Part shown: in pieces, positions 34,059 to 43,772 of the stretch
Position numbering within the stretch: the first letter of the stretch is position 1
How the letters are laid out: every line of letters begins with the position of its first letter
Assembly (NCBI GenBank): GCA_017537515.1
Contig: JAFYKO010000170.1
Span: 1,487 to 65,486, forward strand
Length of the DNA stretch: 64,000 nucleotides
DNA from: Clostridia bacterium
GTDB taxonomy: Bacteria > Bacillota > Clostridia > Christensenellales > UBA1242
Reading direction: 5' to 3'
Program-made: the position numbers and the translations under genes
Notes under the pieces: model-generated
What the model was told of the DNA's origin: nothing
The model's database searches: none
The model's input: only the letters and a program-made list of their open reading frames with translations

Positions 34059-35654
34059 ATGAAGAATAATCCGAACCAAGAAATCCATACCGACTATCGG
34101 GCAAACGACATTTTCAAGCCCATTAACGCTAACAGGTTGGCAGAATCCATCCATTATGATTTTGTCATTACCCAGGAAATGCTTGACAAGTTTATGGAAC
34201 AGAATCCTGGGTACACTACAATAGGTATTGGCGTTCTGCTTAACAGCAATTCTGATGGGACAAAAAATGATACCTACGCTACCCTGGCGAAAGCACCTGT
34301 AAGCGTATTTATTGCTGCGAAAACTCCATCTAACATTGTTTATGATTTTACGGATTCTTTTATAGCTACTTCAAGTAGCATTTTGGACATTTCGGATTTT
34401 ATGGAGAACGGTCAATACACTGTCACTAAAACAGATGGTGTTGTGGATGTCTATTCGGAATATCCGTATAGTGCAAACATCACAGGTGGTGTGAATTTCC
34501 ATAGCACCCCCAAGGCACCCTTGACAGTCGGTGTAGTTCAATATAATGGCGTTATTCGTATCGGTGCTTACAAGACCACAGGTAGTTCGCCTATTAACGT
34601 ATTCCGAAACGGTGACATAAAGGTCATTACACAGGAACTTGTCAGTGGTTATGGATTTTCGGATGTGCTGACAAGTGCCTCACAAAACCCTAGCCTGTTC
34701 GTAGCTGATTGGATGGGTGGCGGTAGCAGCGGTGACTTGGGATATGTCATTAGTGATACAGATACAGAAGTCTTTGGGTTATATGGTCGTTTCGTTGAAT
34801 CCGATAAATTAGGTACACGTGCTAACTTGTTAGTTAGTTCTTACTACGGTATATCCACATATTACAGGAGTCAAGCTAATGCACTTGGTTTGATTTTCAG
34901 TAATGCTATGGATGGGGTAAATATCACAGTTCACACTGATGGAACAATAACAAAGAGTAGTACACATAACAACGGGGCTATAGATAAAGTAATATTAGTG
35001 GATATGCATAAACCCGCTATCCCTGGGTTAGTGAGTACTGCTACAACTATAGCACAATGCATATCCGAATATAGAAGTGGAACTTTAAGTAAACTAGATA
35101 GTATGTACACTGCCTCAAATAGCTTTGACTTTAAGGGGGCAACTATTTTAGATTGGTACACTTGGGAAACTATTGCAAAAGAGGGTTACAACGAGTTTGT
35201 ATCTAACGATAATGATGAATTATATATAAACGCTGATTCATTGTCGGAGGGTATTGTATATGAAGTTAATGTTCATCTTATGAACATAGATAGCAGGAGG
35301 GGCGGTGATTCGGTAGTTACATCCACATCAACCGAAATAAAGCCTGTGACCCCCAATGAACCTATGGATGTTGTGACAAGCGTTTCTAGAGAAACATTTG
35401 ACACTACCCATCGAGACAAGTGGGCTATGTTGTTTTGTAACAATTACGGAGTAGTTCAACCATTAAAAGGGTGGGCACCACCTTCCGAAAGTGTTGACGC
35501 ATCGCCTAGCACCAAGGTGTATATAAAATTTAGTTCTTTCACTAGGTATGGTGGTTTTGACGTGGGTAATCGTTTAAGGATAAACCACGATGCTGCCATA
35601 GGTAAGGTTTTATTTTTTAAATTAAACGGTTACATATATGTGCTAGGTTATTAA
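34059..35654 (+). CDS. fibre / receptor-binding-like protein (531 aa), AT-rich
   Basis: S/T/G/N/Y-rich sequence with beta-rich character. Composition drops abruptly in GC relative to the flanks (by eye). AAAGAGG SD upstream. Confidence 0.6.
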   Translation: MKNNPNQEIHTDYRANDIFKPINANRLAESIHYDFVITQEMLDKFMEQNPGYTTIGIGVLLNSNSDGTKNDTYATLAKAPVSVFIAAKTPSNIVYDFTDSFIATSSSILDISDFMENGQYTVTKTDGVVDVYSEYPYSANITGGVNFHSTPKAPLTVGVVQYNGVIRIGAYKTTGSSPINVFRNGDIKVITQELVSGYGFSDVLTSASQNPSLFVADWMGGGSSGDLGYVISDTDTEVFGLYGRFVESDKLGTRANLLVSSYYGISTYYRSQANALGLIFSNAMDGVNITVHTDGTITKSSTHNNGAIDKVILVDMHKPAIPGLVSTATTIAQCISEYRSGTLSKLDSMYTASNSFDFKGATILDWYTWETIAKEGYNEFVSNDNDELYINADSLSEGIVYEVNVHLMNIDSRRGGDSVVTSTSTEIKPVTPNEPMDVVTSVSRETFDTTHRDKWAMLFCNNYGVVQPLKGWAPPSESVDASPSTKVYIKFSSFTRYGGFDVGNRLRINHDAAIGKVLFFKLNGYIYVLGY

Positions 35655-36370
35655 TGTTGCTACGTGTAATTCTGTCCCACAACCAAACGGAAAATATCCG
35701 AAAGTTTCCGCACGACCAACAGACCGTGTTCGTGTTTGACGCTCCGACATCCGAAGACATTAAGGAATGTGAAGCCCTGGGCTGTCGCTACGTCCTTATG
35801 CCGTCGGCAGGCCACAGGGGTATGAACAGAAACACGGGCTTGCAGTATATCTTACAGACGTTCTCCCCGAACTACGACGACTACGTTGAGTTCTTTGACG
35901 GGGACCGCTACCCGACGGACTACAACCCCGAAAAGGTCCAAAAGATTATGCAGGACAGTCACATTGATTGTATGCTTTATTCTTGCGAACACGATGCCCG
36001 TCATAAAAAGATTTTCGTTCCGTTGAGCGGTGCCACGTTGGTAGATACGGGGACACTTTGCAACCCGTTCTATGCCTGCGGGTTCTGTATGCGTGTGGGT
36101 GCTATCCAGGATATTATGGCATACAACCACGGCTTTCTGTTTGAGCCACGCTTTGACAAGTGGGGCAGCGAAGACCAATTCCTTGGGCTTGAATGCGAAC
36201 ACCTGCATTTCCGTGTAGCTATGACGAACGAAACGCTACTTAACGGCAGCGTAGGTGGCGACTCCGACCAACACCAGGACTATCGGGAATCCTTGCAGAC
36301 CTACGTTGACTTGATACGTGAACACGACTTCCCGATACGGAACAAGCCCCGTGATTTTGTAGTAGTGTAA
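35654..36370 (+). CDS. GT-A fold (family 2-like) glycosyltransferase
   Basis: VFVFDAPTSED...NRNTG...FFDGDRYP (DxD)...WGSEDQFLGLE (ED motif), in the canonical order. Confidence 0.5.
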   Translation: MLLRVILSHNQTENIRKFPHDQQTVFVFDAPTSEDIKECEALGCRYVLMPSAGHRGMNRNTGLQYILQTFSPNYDDYVEFFDGDRYPTDYNPEKVQKIMQDSHIDCMLYSCEHDARHKKIFVPLSGATLVDTGTLCNPFYACGFCMRVGAIQDIMAYNHGFLFEPRFDKWGSEDQFLGLECEHLHFRVAMTNETLLNGSVGGDSDQHQDYRESLQTYVDLIREHDFPIRNKPRDFVVV

Positions 36371-36395
36371 ACTAAATTTAACATACTATTTTAAC

Positions 36396-36477
36396 AATAC
36401 CTGTTGACAATAAGCAGGTATTTTGTTATATTTAGGGTGTAAAAGAAAGACAACCACCACAAGCGAGGATAATCCCA
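36396..36477 (+). promoter_or_regulatory. hairpin/-35/extended -10/leader cassette
   Basis: AATACCTG (36396-403), loop TTGACAATAAG, CAGGTATT (36415-22). TTGACA at 36404-09, 17 nt, TATATT at 36427-32. Leader: TAGGGTGTAAAAGAAAGACAACCACCACAAGCGAGGATAATCCCA, then ATG. The upstream ~20 nt (TAACATACTATTTTAAC) also match the 21730 copy. Confidence 0.75.
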
Positions 36478-36786
36478 ATGATTAAGACCGACTACCAAAC
36501 CGTAAAGAACTGCCCGTTCTCCTTGGACGTTCGCTACAATATCAATAATGCTTCCAAGGTCGGACGTATCGCAAAGAAGTTCGCAGATACGAAAATGACA
36601 TTTGGCGGTTTCTATTGCTACGATGCTGTTTACGGCTTCAATTCCAAGGAAAAGGCTGACGCTTGCAAGGCTGCTCTTGAAGAAGCATTCAAGGGCGTGG
36701 ATAGCGTAGGTGTCGGAACCGTCACGGACACCTATATGGAAAAGGTGGAAGCGGAAATCTACTTTATGGAACACGAAAAGGTTTAA
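36478..36786 (+). CDS. hypothetical protein (102 aa)
   Basis: ATG after the cassette's SD. Confidence 0.6.
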   Translation: MIKTDYQTVKNCPFSLDVRYNINNASKVGRIAKKFADTKMTFGGFYCYDAVYGFNSKEKADACKAALEEAFKGVDSVGVGTVTDTYMEKVEAEIYFMEHEKV

Positions 36787-36803
36787 TCACGAGGGCAATC
36801 ACT

Positions 36804-36989
36804 ATGAACAACAATTTCTCTATTAACGAATACGTTCCGAACGGCTATTCTTCCTGGACCGCATACAACCGCCACCAGGCACGTATGGAAAAGGTCAAGT
36901 ATTGGGCACAGGGCATCGCAGGTGCGATTGTCCTCTTGGGTGCCTACGCATTCAATGGATTCGTAGATACGGTCCTTTTCCCGATGTAG
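36804..36989 (+). CDS. small membrane protein (61 aa)
   Basis: C-terminal WAQGIAGAIVLLGAYAFNGFV TM segment. Confidence 0.5.
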   Translation: MNNNFSINEYVPNGYSSWTAYNRHQARMEKVKYWAQGIAGAIVLLGAYAFNGFVDTVLFPM

Positions 36990-36998
36990 GGGGTTACT

Positions 36999-37565
36999 AT
37001 GGATATTGAAGCAAGAGTTAAATTACCGCCCTCGGACATTCCGAACCGAAACGGCAAGGTCTATCCGAGGGACGCTATTCTAAAAGCCTGCGAAGAAAAG
37101 GGTATTACTGTCCACGACGAAATGCAGGTAAAGGTTCCTGCGGGAGCCTTGGAACAGACACACACGATTACGTCCGTGAAGTTCTCCAAGGATTTCGGGC
37201 ATATCAGCCACCGCAACAACACGATTATCCTGGATGATGTTCTTGCCGATTTCTTGGCAAAGGACGAACAGCTGCGTGTGGTTACGCTCGGCTTCCCCAA
37301 GCCTACCGACCCGTATATGCCCGACACCGAAGAAGAACTTTTGCACAAGGCAGGCGTGGGCACAATCAGCACTATCAAGAACGTGGGCGGGGAGTATATT
37401 GCTTCTGTGACGATTGACCCCAAGATGCCCTGTGGTGATACCCTGCTCAAAATTCTTTCAAGCAATGTCAAGTTGGGCTTTGCTTTCGGTGGATTCGGTG
37501 AACAGGTCGGTGATAACCAATACCAATTTACGGAAATCACTAGCGTAGCCCTGCTACCCGAATAA
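36999..37565 (+). CDS. hypothetical protein (188 aa)
   Basis: Plus-arm ORF with GGGGG upstream. No firm motif. Confidence 0.6.
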   Translation: MDIEARVKLPPSDIPNRNGKVYPRDAILKACEEKGITVHDEMQVKVPAGALEQTHTITSVKFSKDFGHISHRNNTIILDDVLADFLAKDEQLRVVTLGFPKPTDPYMPDTEEELLHKAGVGTISTIKNVGGEYIASVTIDPKMPCGDTLLKILSSNVKLGFAFGGFGEQVGDNQYQFTEITSVALLPE

Positions 37566-37587
37566 ACCGATTATGTAGAGGTTTACT

Positions 37588-38235
37588 ATGAATCGTGAAG
37601 AAATCAAGAACCGCCTGTATTTCGTTGCCGACACCATTAGAATGAACGCTGACAAGTTCGCTGCGGGCGAAACCCTTGAAAATGAAGATTGGGTCAAGGC
37701 TGCAAAGGAATTTACGTCCTGCTTGAATTACCTAATGCAGTCGCAGCGGGACTTTGAAGAAGTCCGTGCAGAAGAAGAACCGCACGAAACCCCGTCGTTA
37801 CGAAACGTTATTCGCATTGACGTTCCCGTGAACTTTGAGCATAATGGTCTTAGGTATCGGATTGCCGAAAGTGAAATTAACAGGTTTATGAGTTTACCTG
37901 CAAAGTTCCGTCCTGCGTCTATGGGCACGGAAAACGAAGAACACAGCCCGTCCGTCAACGGGGACGTTCCCCGAAAAGTTGGCGAAGTGGCTGCTATCAA
38001 TTTGGACCCTGTTCACGGGCTTGTCGCCCAAATTGACGTGGATTCGCACCAATACAAATTCGGGCAAATCCTCAAGACGCTCATTCAAGGGGGATATGCC
38101 CCCAAGTTTACGCTGTGCGGTGAACTTGAAGAAGACTTTGACCAGGTAATGAAAGTCGTGAAACTCACGCATATTTCCATAGACGTTCCACCCGCATTCG
38201 GAGCGTCCCGACCCAAGGAGGCTGACAATGGTTGA
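37588..38235 (+). CDS. hypothetical protein (215 aa)
   Basis: Plus-arm ORF with GAGG upstream. Confidence 0.6.
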   Translation: MNREEIKNRLYFVADTIRMNADKFAAGETLENEDWVKAAKEFTSCLNYLMQSQRDFEEVRAEEEPHETPSLRNVIRIDVPVNFEHNGLRYRIAESEINRFMSLPAKFRPASMGTENEEHSPSVNGDVPRKVGEVAAINLDPVHGLVAQIDVDSHQYKFGQILKTLIQGGYAPKFTLCGELEEDFDQVMKVVKLTHISIDVPPAFGASRPKEADNG

Positions 38236-38470
38236 AAATTCTGTAATCTTTAGCGACCTTGACATTAACAATCCGAACCCCCGAAAAGTCAAGTGCATTC
38301 GCAACGACCGAAATTCGGGCTATTGGGGCGACGACAAGCACGAACTGACCGTTGGCGAAATCTACGACCTAGAACGTGTGGAAGTCTATGATTGGTATTC
38401 CCACGTTTATATCAAGGGCATAGACCACCCGTTCAATTCCGTGCTGTTTGACGAAGTGGGGGAAGAATGA
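38228..38470 (+). CDS. hypothetical protein (80 aa)
   Basis: Overlaps the upstream gene by 8 nt. AAGGAGG upstream. Confidence 0.55.
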   Translation: MVENSVIFSDLDINNPNPRKVKCIRNDRNSGYWGDDKHELTVGEIYDLERVEVYDWYSHVYIKGIDHPFNSVLFDEVGEE

Positions 38471-38958
38471 ACTTCAAGGACTTCCACGACTACGCAAAGC
38501 GTATGAAGCCCGTCATAAAGCAGGCTGACAGGTTGGAGTGCAGAAAGTTTCTTGATGACCTTATTGCAGCACACCCCGAATATGCCGAAAAACTTAAAGT
38601 GGTCCAAACCTGCTTTTTAAGTTTCCAGGTAATCCATTCGCACCTGTTTGACCTTGCGAACGACGCTATGCAGATTGAGCGGAACTATCGTGCCAGGGTT
38701 GACGCAGGAAGCAATCCCCTGGGGCTGAAACTGACCGACAAGGCAAAGGCTATGATACCAAACAAGTGCCCGCACTGCAACTGCGGTCTGCTTGAAGTGG
38801 GTGTCGGTGGCGAAGACTTCGGGGACGACAGCACGTTCCAGGTAGTCCGTGAAAGCGAAAAGGGCTATGTCCTTAAAGCGTCGCCCCTCAACGAAGACTT
38901 GCAGATTTCTAGCGATAGTATCTTGTTCTGCCCCATTTGCGGGAGGGAATTGCAGTGA
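38467..38958 (+). CDS. zinc-ribbon protein (163 aa)
   Basis: CPHCNCG...CPICGREL. ATGA overlap with the upstream gene. Confidence 0.55.
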   Translation: MNFKDFHDYAKRMKPVIKQADRLECRKFLDDLIAAHPEYAEKLKVVQTCFLSFQVIHSHLFDLANDAMQIERNYRARVDAGSNPLGLKLTDKAKAMIPNKCPHCNCGLLEVGVGGEDFGDDSTFQVVRESEKGYVLKASPLNEDLQISSDSILFCPICGRELQ

Positions 38959-39110
38959 TTAAGTTTTTGGTTATTTGCACTTTCGTGAACCCTGCATACA
39001 AGCCGAAGTATCGCCTGTTTTCCACGGAATCCAAGGCACAGGCTTTTATCGCTATGCAGCCACCTACGACTACGGCAACTCTTGAAATGCTGCGTGAAGA
39101 CGAAGAATAG
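38955..39110 (+). CDS. small hypothetical protein (51 aa), GTG start
   Basis: GTGA overlap with the upstream stop. GGGAGGG lies 7 nt upstream. Below the track cutoff. Confidence 0.35.
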   Translation: MIKFLVICTFVNPAYKPKYRLFSTESKAQAFIAMQPPTTTATLEMLREDEE

Positions 39111-39281
39111 AAGGATTGTTGCTATATAGGTATTGACGAATGTTTTGGCGTGGGCTTCGGGCGTTAGGGACCATATCTTTTGTAGTCGTGTGTATCTTAA
39201 TCACGATGATAGCAATATCCGTATTCGCCCTGTATGCCATAACAATGATTAACGAACTTTTTTATAAATGAGAGGTGTTAT

Positions 39282-39581
39282 ATGATTACTCCCTACAAGA
39301 ATTGGACGGACAAGCAGATTGAAGCCGTCAAGAACAACAAAATCCCGAAGGGCAAGACCTACGCCCAATGTGCCTACTTTGCCCGTGCCCACCTGCACAG
39401 GGGCTTCCGTCCCGTAAAGGGCAAGATTACCGAAGACCGTGACCTGCGTGGCAAGAAGTATTGGGAACTGCACAACAGCGGTATGTCCTATTCGCAGATT
39501 GCCGTCCAGGAAGGCGTTTCCCGTCAGCGTGTCCACGCTATCATTCAGCAGTATCTTGACAGCATTAAGGTTGACGTTTAA
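39282..39581 (+). CDS. helix-turn-helix DNA-binding protein (99 aa; sigma region-4-like HTH)
   Basis: C-terminal GMSYSQIAVQEGVSRQRVHAIIQQ is a classic HTH. GAGG upstream. Confidence 0.55.
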   Translation: MITPYKNWTDKQIEAVKNNKIPKGKTYAQCAYFARAHLHRGFRPVKGKITEDRDLRGKKYWELHNSGMSYSQIAVQEGVSRQRVHAIIQQYLDSIKVDV

Positions 39582-39690
39582 ACTTCGGTAATTACTAGAA
39601 TGTTGCGGTATTGCTATATTAAAAATAGCCCCTCCGATTTGATGCATCGTCGGGGCGTAAATAACCCCAACAAATTGGAGGTGGCTTTTT

Positions 39691-40329
39691 ATGTTTAGCA
39701 AGAGGCAGGCGGTAGCTTACTGTTGCGAACCTATTGATACTATTCAAGGGTTTAAAGAAGCTACTGCATCTTTAGAAAAATACCATATTCACCATAGGTT
39801 TGAAGATATGGGTTTATCCCGTAAGGACCTTATGGAATTAGGGTTACTCTATAACAGACCTGCGTGTGAGTTGGTATTTATAAACGGGCTGGAGCATAAC
39901 CGAACGCACTCTACGAGAGATTTATCCGATAAGTATAAACAAACCTTATGGGGGAAAGGGCACGTCCCCGAATTTACGGTAGAACACCGACAGCACATTA
40001 GCGACGCAAAGACAGGCGTAAAGCAATCGCCCGAACATACCCTGCACGTTAAAGAAGCCTGTGCAGCTATACGGGCTACAAAAGAGTTCCATAGTAAGCT
40101 ACATAATGCACAAGAACGGATATGGACTGTTGAAAAGCGTGAGGGACACGCAGAAGTTATTAAGCGTCTGTGGGGAACTAATACGGAATACCGTAAAGCT
40201 ATGACTAAAAAAGCAACCGCAAGTATTCACAGGGATTTAGAAGCCTATAAGCAATATAAAGCTAATGGGGGTGAATTAAGTTGGAAGCCGTTTAGGTCGT
40301 TGCTTGCTCAACAAAGGAAAGCACAATGA
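39691..40329 (+). CDS. HNH homing endonuclease with NUMOD3-like repeats, AT-rich
   Basis: YHIHHRFED...N...LEHNRTH (HNH-like), then FTVEHRQHISDAKTGVKQSPEHTLHVKEA (NUMOD3-like). Own TGCTATATT promoter at 39612-20. The stop overlaps the primase ATG. Confidence 0.6.
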   Translation: MFSKRQAVAYCCEPIDTIQGFKEATASLEKYHIHHRFEDMGLSRKDLMELGLLYNRPACELVFINGLEHNRTHSTRDLSDKYKQTLWGKGHVPEFTVEHRQHISDAKTGVKQSPEHTLHVKEACAAIRATKEFHSKLHNAQERIWTVEKREGHAEVIKRLWGTNTEYRKAMTKKATASIHRDLEAYKQYKANGGELSWKPFRSLLAQQRKAQ

Positions 40330-41258
40330 TTGATTGGAAAAGTTTATTCACTGACCTTAATGTGCCGTATTGGGATAACGGTAAAAATTGCTCACCTGGC
40401 AGGATTAACATACAGTGCCCCTTTTGTTCGGACCATAGTAATCACGGTTCTTTTGGTATAACTAAAGGGGATTATCAATGTTGGCGTTGTAAAGGCGGGC
40501 ACCCCGTAAAGGCTGTGTCGCTCGCTGCCCATATCCCTATGGACACCGCACGGCAACTAATACAGAAGTATTCAAAGGGCTTCAACCCGTTCCTGCAAGC
40601 GGAACAAACTCACAAGTCTAGCGTAAAGAGTATCACGCTTCCAGGGGAACCGCTTAAAGATTGCCACCGACGCTATTTGAGCGAAGTCCGAAAGTTTGAC
40701 CCCGAAGAATTGGAATTTTATCACGGGATATTAGGCACCACCGACGTGGGCTATTGGCAGGGCATTGACTTTCGCTATCGTGTCATAATCCCCATTTATG
40801 ACGTATGGGGGAACCTTTGCACGTTCCAGGGGCGTGACTACACGCAGCAACAGGAACTACGCTACAAGTGCTGCCCTGTGGACAAGGCTGTGGTTCACCA
40901 CAAGCACCTTTTGTATGGTGCGGAACTAGCCCGAAACAAGGACCGAATCGTGGTCGTGGAAGGCGTGTTTGACCAATGGCGTATGGGTCCAGGTTCCGTC
41001 GCAACGTTCGGGACTTCGCTTACCCGTGAGCAGGTCAACCTTATATCTATGTGGAAAGAAGTAATCTTTCTGTTTGACCCCGAACCCGAAGCCCAGGAAC
41101 ACGCCCGTGAATATGCCAGGGATATTTCAGCCTGCGGGTGCAGTGTTGAAGTATGTGCTGCCGAATTTGGTTATGACGCAAAGGGCAATCCCAGGGACCC
41201 TGGCGACCTTACTCCCGACGAAGCCCGTGGCGTTATGAAAGAACTAGGAATGGTGTAA
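40326..41258 (+). CDS. DNA primase (zinc finger + TOPRIM)
   Basis: CPFCSDHSNHGSFGI...CWRCKG zinc finger. RIVVVEGVFDQW and IFLFDPEPEAQEH are TOPRIM acidic motifs. Confidence 0.7.
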   Translation: MIDWKSLFTDLNVPYWDNGKNCSPGRINIQCPFCSDHSNHGSFGITKGDYQCWRCKGGHPVKAVSLAAHIPMDTARQLIQKYSKGFNPFLQAEQTHKSSVKSITLPGEPLKDCHRRYLSEVRKFDPEELEFYHGILGTTDVGYWQGIDFRYRVIIPIYDVWGNLCTFQGRDYTQQQELRYKCCPVDKAVVHHKHLLYGAELARNKDRIVVVEGVFDQWRMGPGSVATFGTSLTREQVNLISMWKEVIFLFDPEPEAQEHAREYARDISACGCSVEVCAAEFGYDAKGNPRDPGDLTPDEARGVMKELGMV

Positions 41259-41260
41259 GT

Positions 41261-41512
41261 ATGGAAGTTGCAGAATTTATTGAAACTTGCAAAGCGGTAT
41301 TCCCCGACTGCGAAATCACGGGTTCAAGGAATAAGAAGAACCCCTGTCTTAAAGCGTTCGCCTACAAGACCCGTGGTCCGTATATCGCACACTTGTGGAA
41401 GGGTGGTTGCTGTTCTTGGGAAAAGCACGAAGATGTTTCGCAAGGGAATATCAAGTCCCCCGAAGAACTCAAACTGAAACTTGAAAAAGTAAAATTATCG
41501 TATGGGCTGTAA
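41261..41512 (+). CDS. hypothetical protein (83 aa)
   Basis: Tightly packed plus-arm ORF. Confidence 0.5.
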   Translation: MEVAEFIETCKAVFPDCEITGSRNKKNPCLKAFAYKTRGPYIAHLWKGGCCSWEKHEDVSQGNIKSPEELKLKLEKVKLSYGL

Positions 41513-41514
41513 GT

Positions 41515-42621
41515 ATGGCGTTTAATCTTGCTCTAAAATCCAAAACTGCCGAAGCGTCGTTTAGCATTTCCCGTGACTTGCTCGCACGTTTCGTGTCTGC
41601 CGTGAACTGCATTGTCCCGAAGAAGACGACAGTCCCTATCTTGAAGTTCGTCCGAATTTACTACAAGAACGGGGACGGGTTTATCCGTGTGTCCGACACC
41701 AACTGCTATGCCGAATTGTCCTTGAAAGAAGCACGTGGGAGCGGGGAAATTGACCTGGCTGTGGAATACGGCTCCCTGGAAAATATGCTCTCCAAGGCAC
41801 CCCGCAGCAGCGGTGTGTTCCTGGTAGAACGTGAGGGCACCGCCCTGGTGTTCAAGGACAACTGCGTGACCTGCGGAAAACTTGCAGGCGTTCCTGGTGC
41901 TGACTGCCCGTCGCTCATTATCCCGATTGACACGGACGAGGGTTGGGTTGACTTGTCGGAACGTGACACGCAGTTTATCCATAAATACGTTTCGCCCCTG
42001 TGCATTGAAGACGCTCAATATACCGCCTTGAACAGCATTCTGTTTGAAGAAAACGACCTTACGTTTGGCTTTGCTGCGACCGACCGTCACGCCTTAATCT
42101 TCACGAAGTTCATTGAAGAACCGACGTTCCGTCGTGCGTTACCGTGTAGGGCGTTTAAGGCTATGACCCTGTTCGGGACTGACAGCAGGCTTATGCTCCA
42201 TACAGGGCACTACCGATTTGAAAGCAAGCAGTTTTCCGTCTATGGTCCGTTCGTTGGCGGGACCTATCCCGACTTCCACAAACTTGTAGATACCGACGGG
42301 TTTACCCAGGTTCTCAAAGTGAACGTGAAGACGCTCCGTGAAGAATTGAACCGACTTTCTATGATTGTCCCGCACACTTCCAAGGGCTACTGCCCCGTAA
42401 TGCTGACCTATGGTCCCGAATACCTGGGTGTGCAGGAAGTCCCGCAGGATTACGTTTTTGAAGACAACAAAGGTATCAAAATGGATGCCTTGAAGTTGCT
42501 TGAACTAATGGAACGCTTTGACGACAATTCCCCCGTGACTTTCAAGGCTACGGGGAACGTCACGCACCCGACGGTGTGGAAAGACAGCAGGGCAACCACC
42601 CTGTTTATGCCTATGGTATAA
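41515..42621 (+). CDS. DnaN-like sliding clamp (beta-clamp paralogue 1, 368 aa)
   Basis: Length and N-terminal pattern fit a beta clamp: SISRDLLARFVSAVNCIVPKKTTVPILKFVRIYYKNGDGFIRVSDTNCYAEL resembles the L..v..iv.kr...PiL..v.l...l.l.atD consensus. Confidence 0.55.
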   Translation: MAFNLALKSKTAEASFSISRDLLARFVSAVNCIVPKKTTVPILKFVRIYYKNGDGFIRVSDTNCYAELSLKEARGSGEIDLAVEYGSLENMLSKAPRSSGVFLVEREGTALVFKDNCVTCGKLAGVPGADCPSLIIPIDTDEGWVDLSERDTQFIHKYVSPLCIEDAQYTALNSILFEENDLTFGFAATDRHALIFTKFIEEPTFRRALPCRAFKAMTLFGTDSRLMLHTGHYRFESKQFSVYGPFVGGTYPDFHKLVDTDGFTQVLKVNVKTLREELNRLSMIVPHTSKGYCPVMLTYGPEYLGVQEVPQDYVFEDNKGIKMDALKLLELMERFDDNSPVTFKATGNVTHPTVWKDSRATTLFMPMV

Positions 42622-42646
42622 TAACCCTAAAACCGAGGATAACACA

Positions 42647-43087
42647 ATGACAGAACCGATTATCGTCCCGCAGGAAATCTTGGAAACCTACGGGGGGAAG
42701 TTCCCCAAGAAAATCTATATCAAGTTCAAGGGCAAGTCCGACCTTGTAGTTAAGGATTGGACCCCGATTACGCCCGATGCCCTGCTGCTCAATTTGCAGG
42801 TCAAGAACACGGACCCGAACGGGGTGCAACCGTCCTGGCAGATTGACAAGGCTGCGAAGAAAACGCAGATGTTGGCTATCAAGGAATGGCTTGAAGAAGG
42901 GCACACGATTACCCCGCTTGAAGCCCTGGAAATGTTCGGCTGCTTCCGTTTGAGTGCCCAAATTTTCAATTTGAAGAAGTTGGGCTTGAAGATTGACTGC
43001 AAGACCGACAAGGACCCACGAACGGGCAAACGCTACGGGACGTATTGGCTCCTGGAAGGTGTCAAGAAACCCGAAGCCAACCATTAG
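42647..43087 (+). CDS. putative winged-helix/HTH DNA-binding protein (146 aa)
   Basis: ITPLEALEMFGCFRLSAQIFNLKKLGLKI resembles HTH_39-type phage DNA-binding domains. AACCGAGGATAACACA upstream. Confidence 0.45.
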   Translation: MTEPIIVPQEILETYGGKFPKKIYIKFKGKSDLVVKDWTPITPDALLLNLQVKNTDPNGVQPSWQIDKAAKKTQMLAIKEWLEEGHTITPLEALEMFGCFRLSAQIFNLKKLGLKIDCKTDKDPRTGKRYGTYWLLEGVKKPEANH

Positions 43088-43128
43088 TGCAATTTTGGCA
43101 GTATGTTGCTATATATGTATTAGTGGCT

Positions 43129-43443
43129 ATGAAAGACATAACGAACACGACCGACATTAGAACCTGGGTAATTGATTGGCTTGAAAACCGCTTTTCCATT
43201 ACCCGTGAGTGCATTGAATCCTCCGAAAAACTTGCCGACGTTTGTTGCTATGACGACGTTGACAGGTTTTTCCTGGAATACGACGCTGAATCCGATTTCG
43301 GCATTCCTGTTCCCGATGGAGCCTTTGACGAATGCGAATCGTTGAATGACCTGGTTTGTAAAATTAAAGAAATAAAAGACAAGGACGCAAAATGCAACTT
43401 TGGCACCCCAACCTGTTACCCGAACTTCCCGACAGACTGCTGA
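43129..43443 (+). CDS. hypothetical acidic protein (104 aa)
   Basis: ATG at 43129, downstream of TTGCTATATAT (43107-15). Confidence 0.5.
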   Translation: MKDITNTTDIRTWVIDWLENRFSITRECIESSEKLADVCCYDDVDRFFLEYDAESDFGIPVPDGAFDECESLNDLVCKIKEIKDKDAKCNFGTPTCYPNFPTDC

Positions 43444-43772
43444 CCGCCCTGCATAGGGATATTTGTAAAATCCGTTCTTCCCAATGGCGTAGCCCGACTA
43501 ACGTGAGGACCTGGTTCTACGCTCTCCCGTGGGGGTCCTTGATTTGGTATCACGGCAAGGTTATTCGTGAAATGCAGCGTCGCAAGTGGAAGCCGTCCGC
43601 TGTGTGGTTTGACCCGCTGTATCGTGGTAAAATGCTGCCTATGGCTTCCACGCTTACCGAAGCGGACCTGTCACGAAAGAAATTGGGCGACATTTTCCTT
43701 AAAACCTGCCCTATTCCCCAGGACAAGTTTGAACAAATGTTGCAGAAGTGGAAATCCGCAAAGGGTGTATAA
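43392..43772 (+). CDS. pyrimidine-dimer DNA glycosylase-like protein (Pyr_excise/TIGR02328-like)
   Basis: MQLWHPNLLPELPDRLLTALHRDICKIR matches the MRLWH..LIP.LP...LL..HRE N-terminal signature of that family. Confidence 0.5.
   Translation: MQLWHPNLLPELPDRLLTALHRDICKIRSSQWRSPTNVRTWFYALPWGSLIWYHGKVIREMQRRKWKPSAVWFDPLYRGKMLPMASTLTEADLSRKKLGDIFLKTCPIPQDKFEQMLQKWKSAKGV

Noticed and set aside
39140-39271. 43-aa hydrophobic ORF (MFWRGLRALGTISFVVVCILITMIAISVFALYAITMINELFYK)
   Set aside because: It is plausibly a small membrane peptide, sitting 11 nt after a TGCTATATA motif. It has no SD and no conservation evidence, so it is not called.
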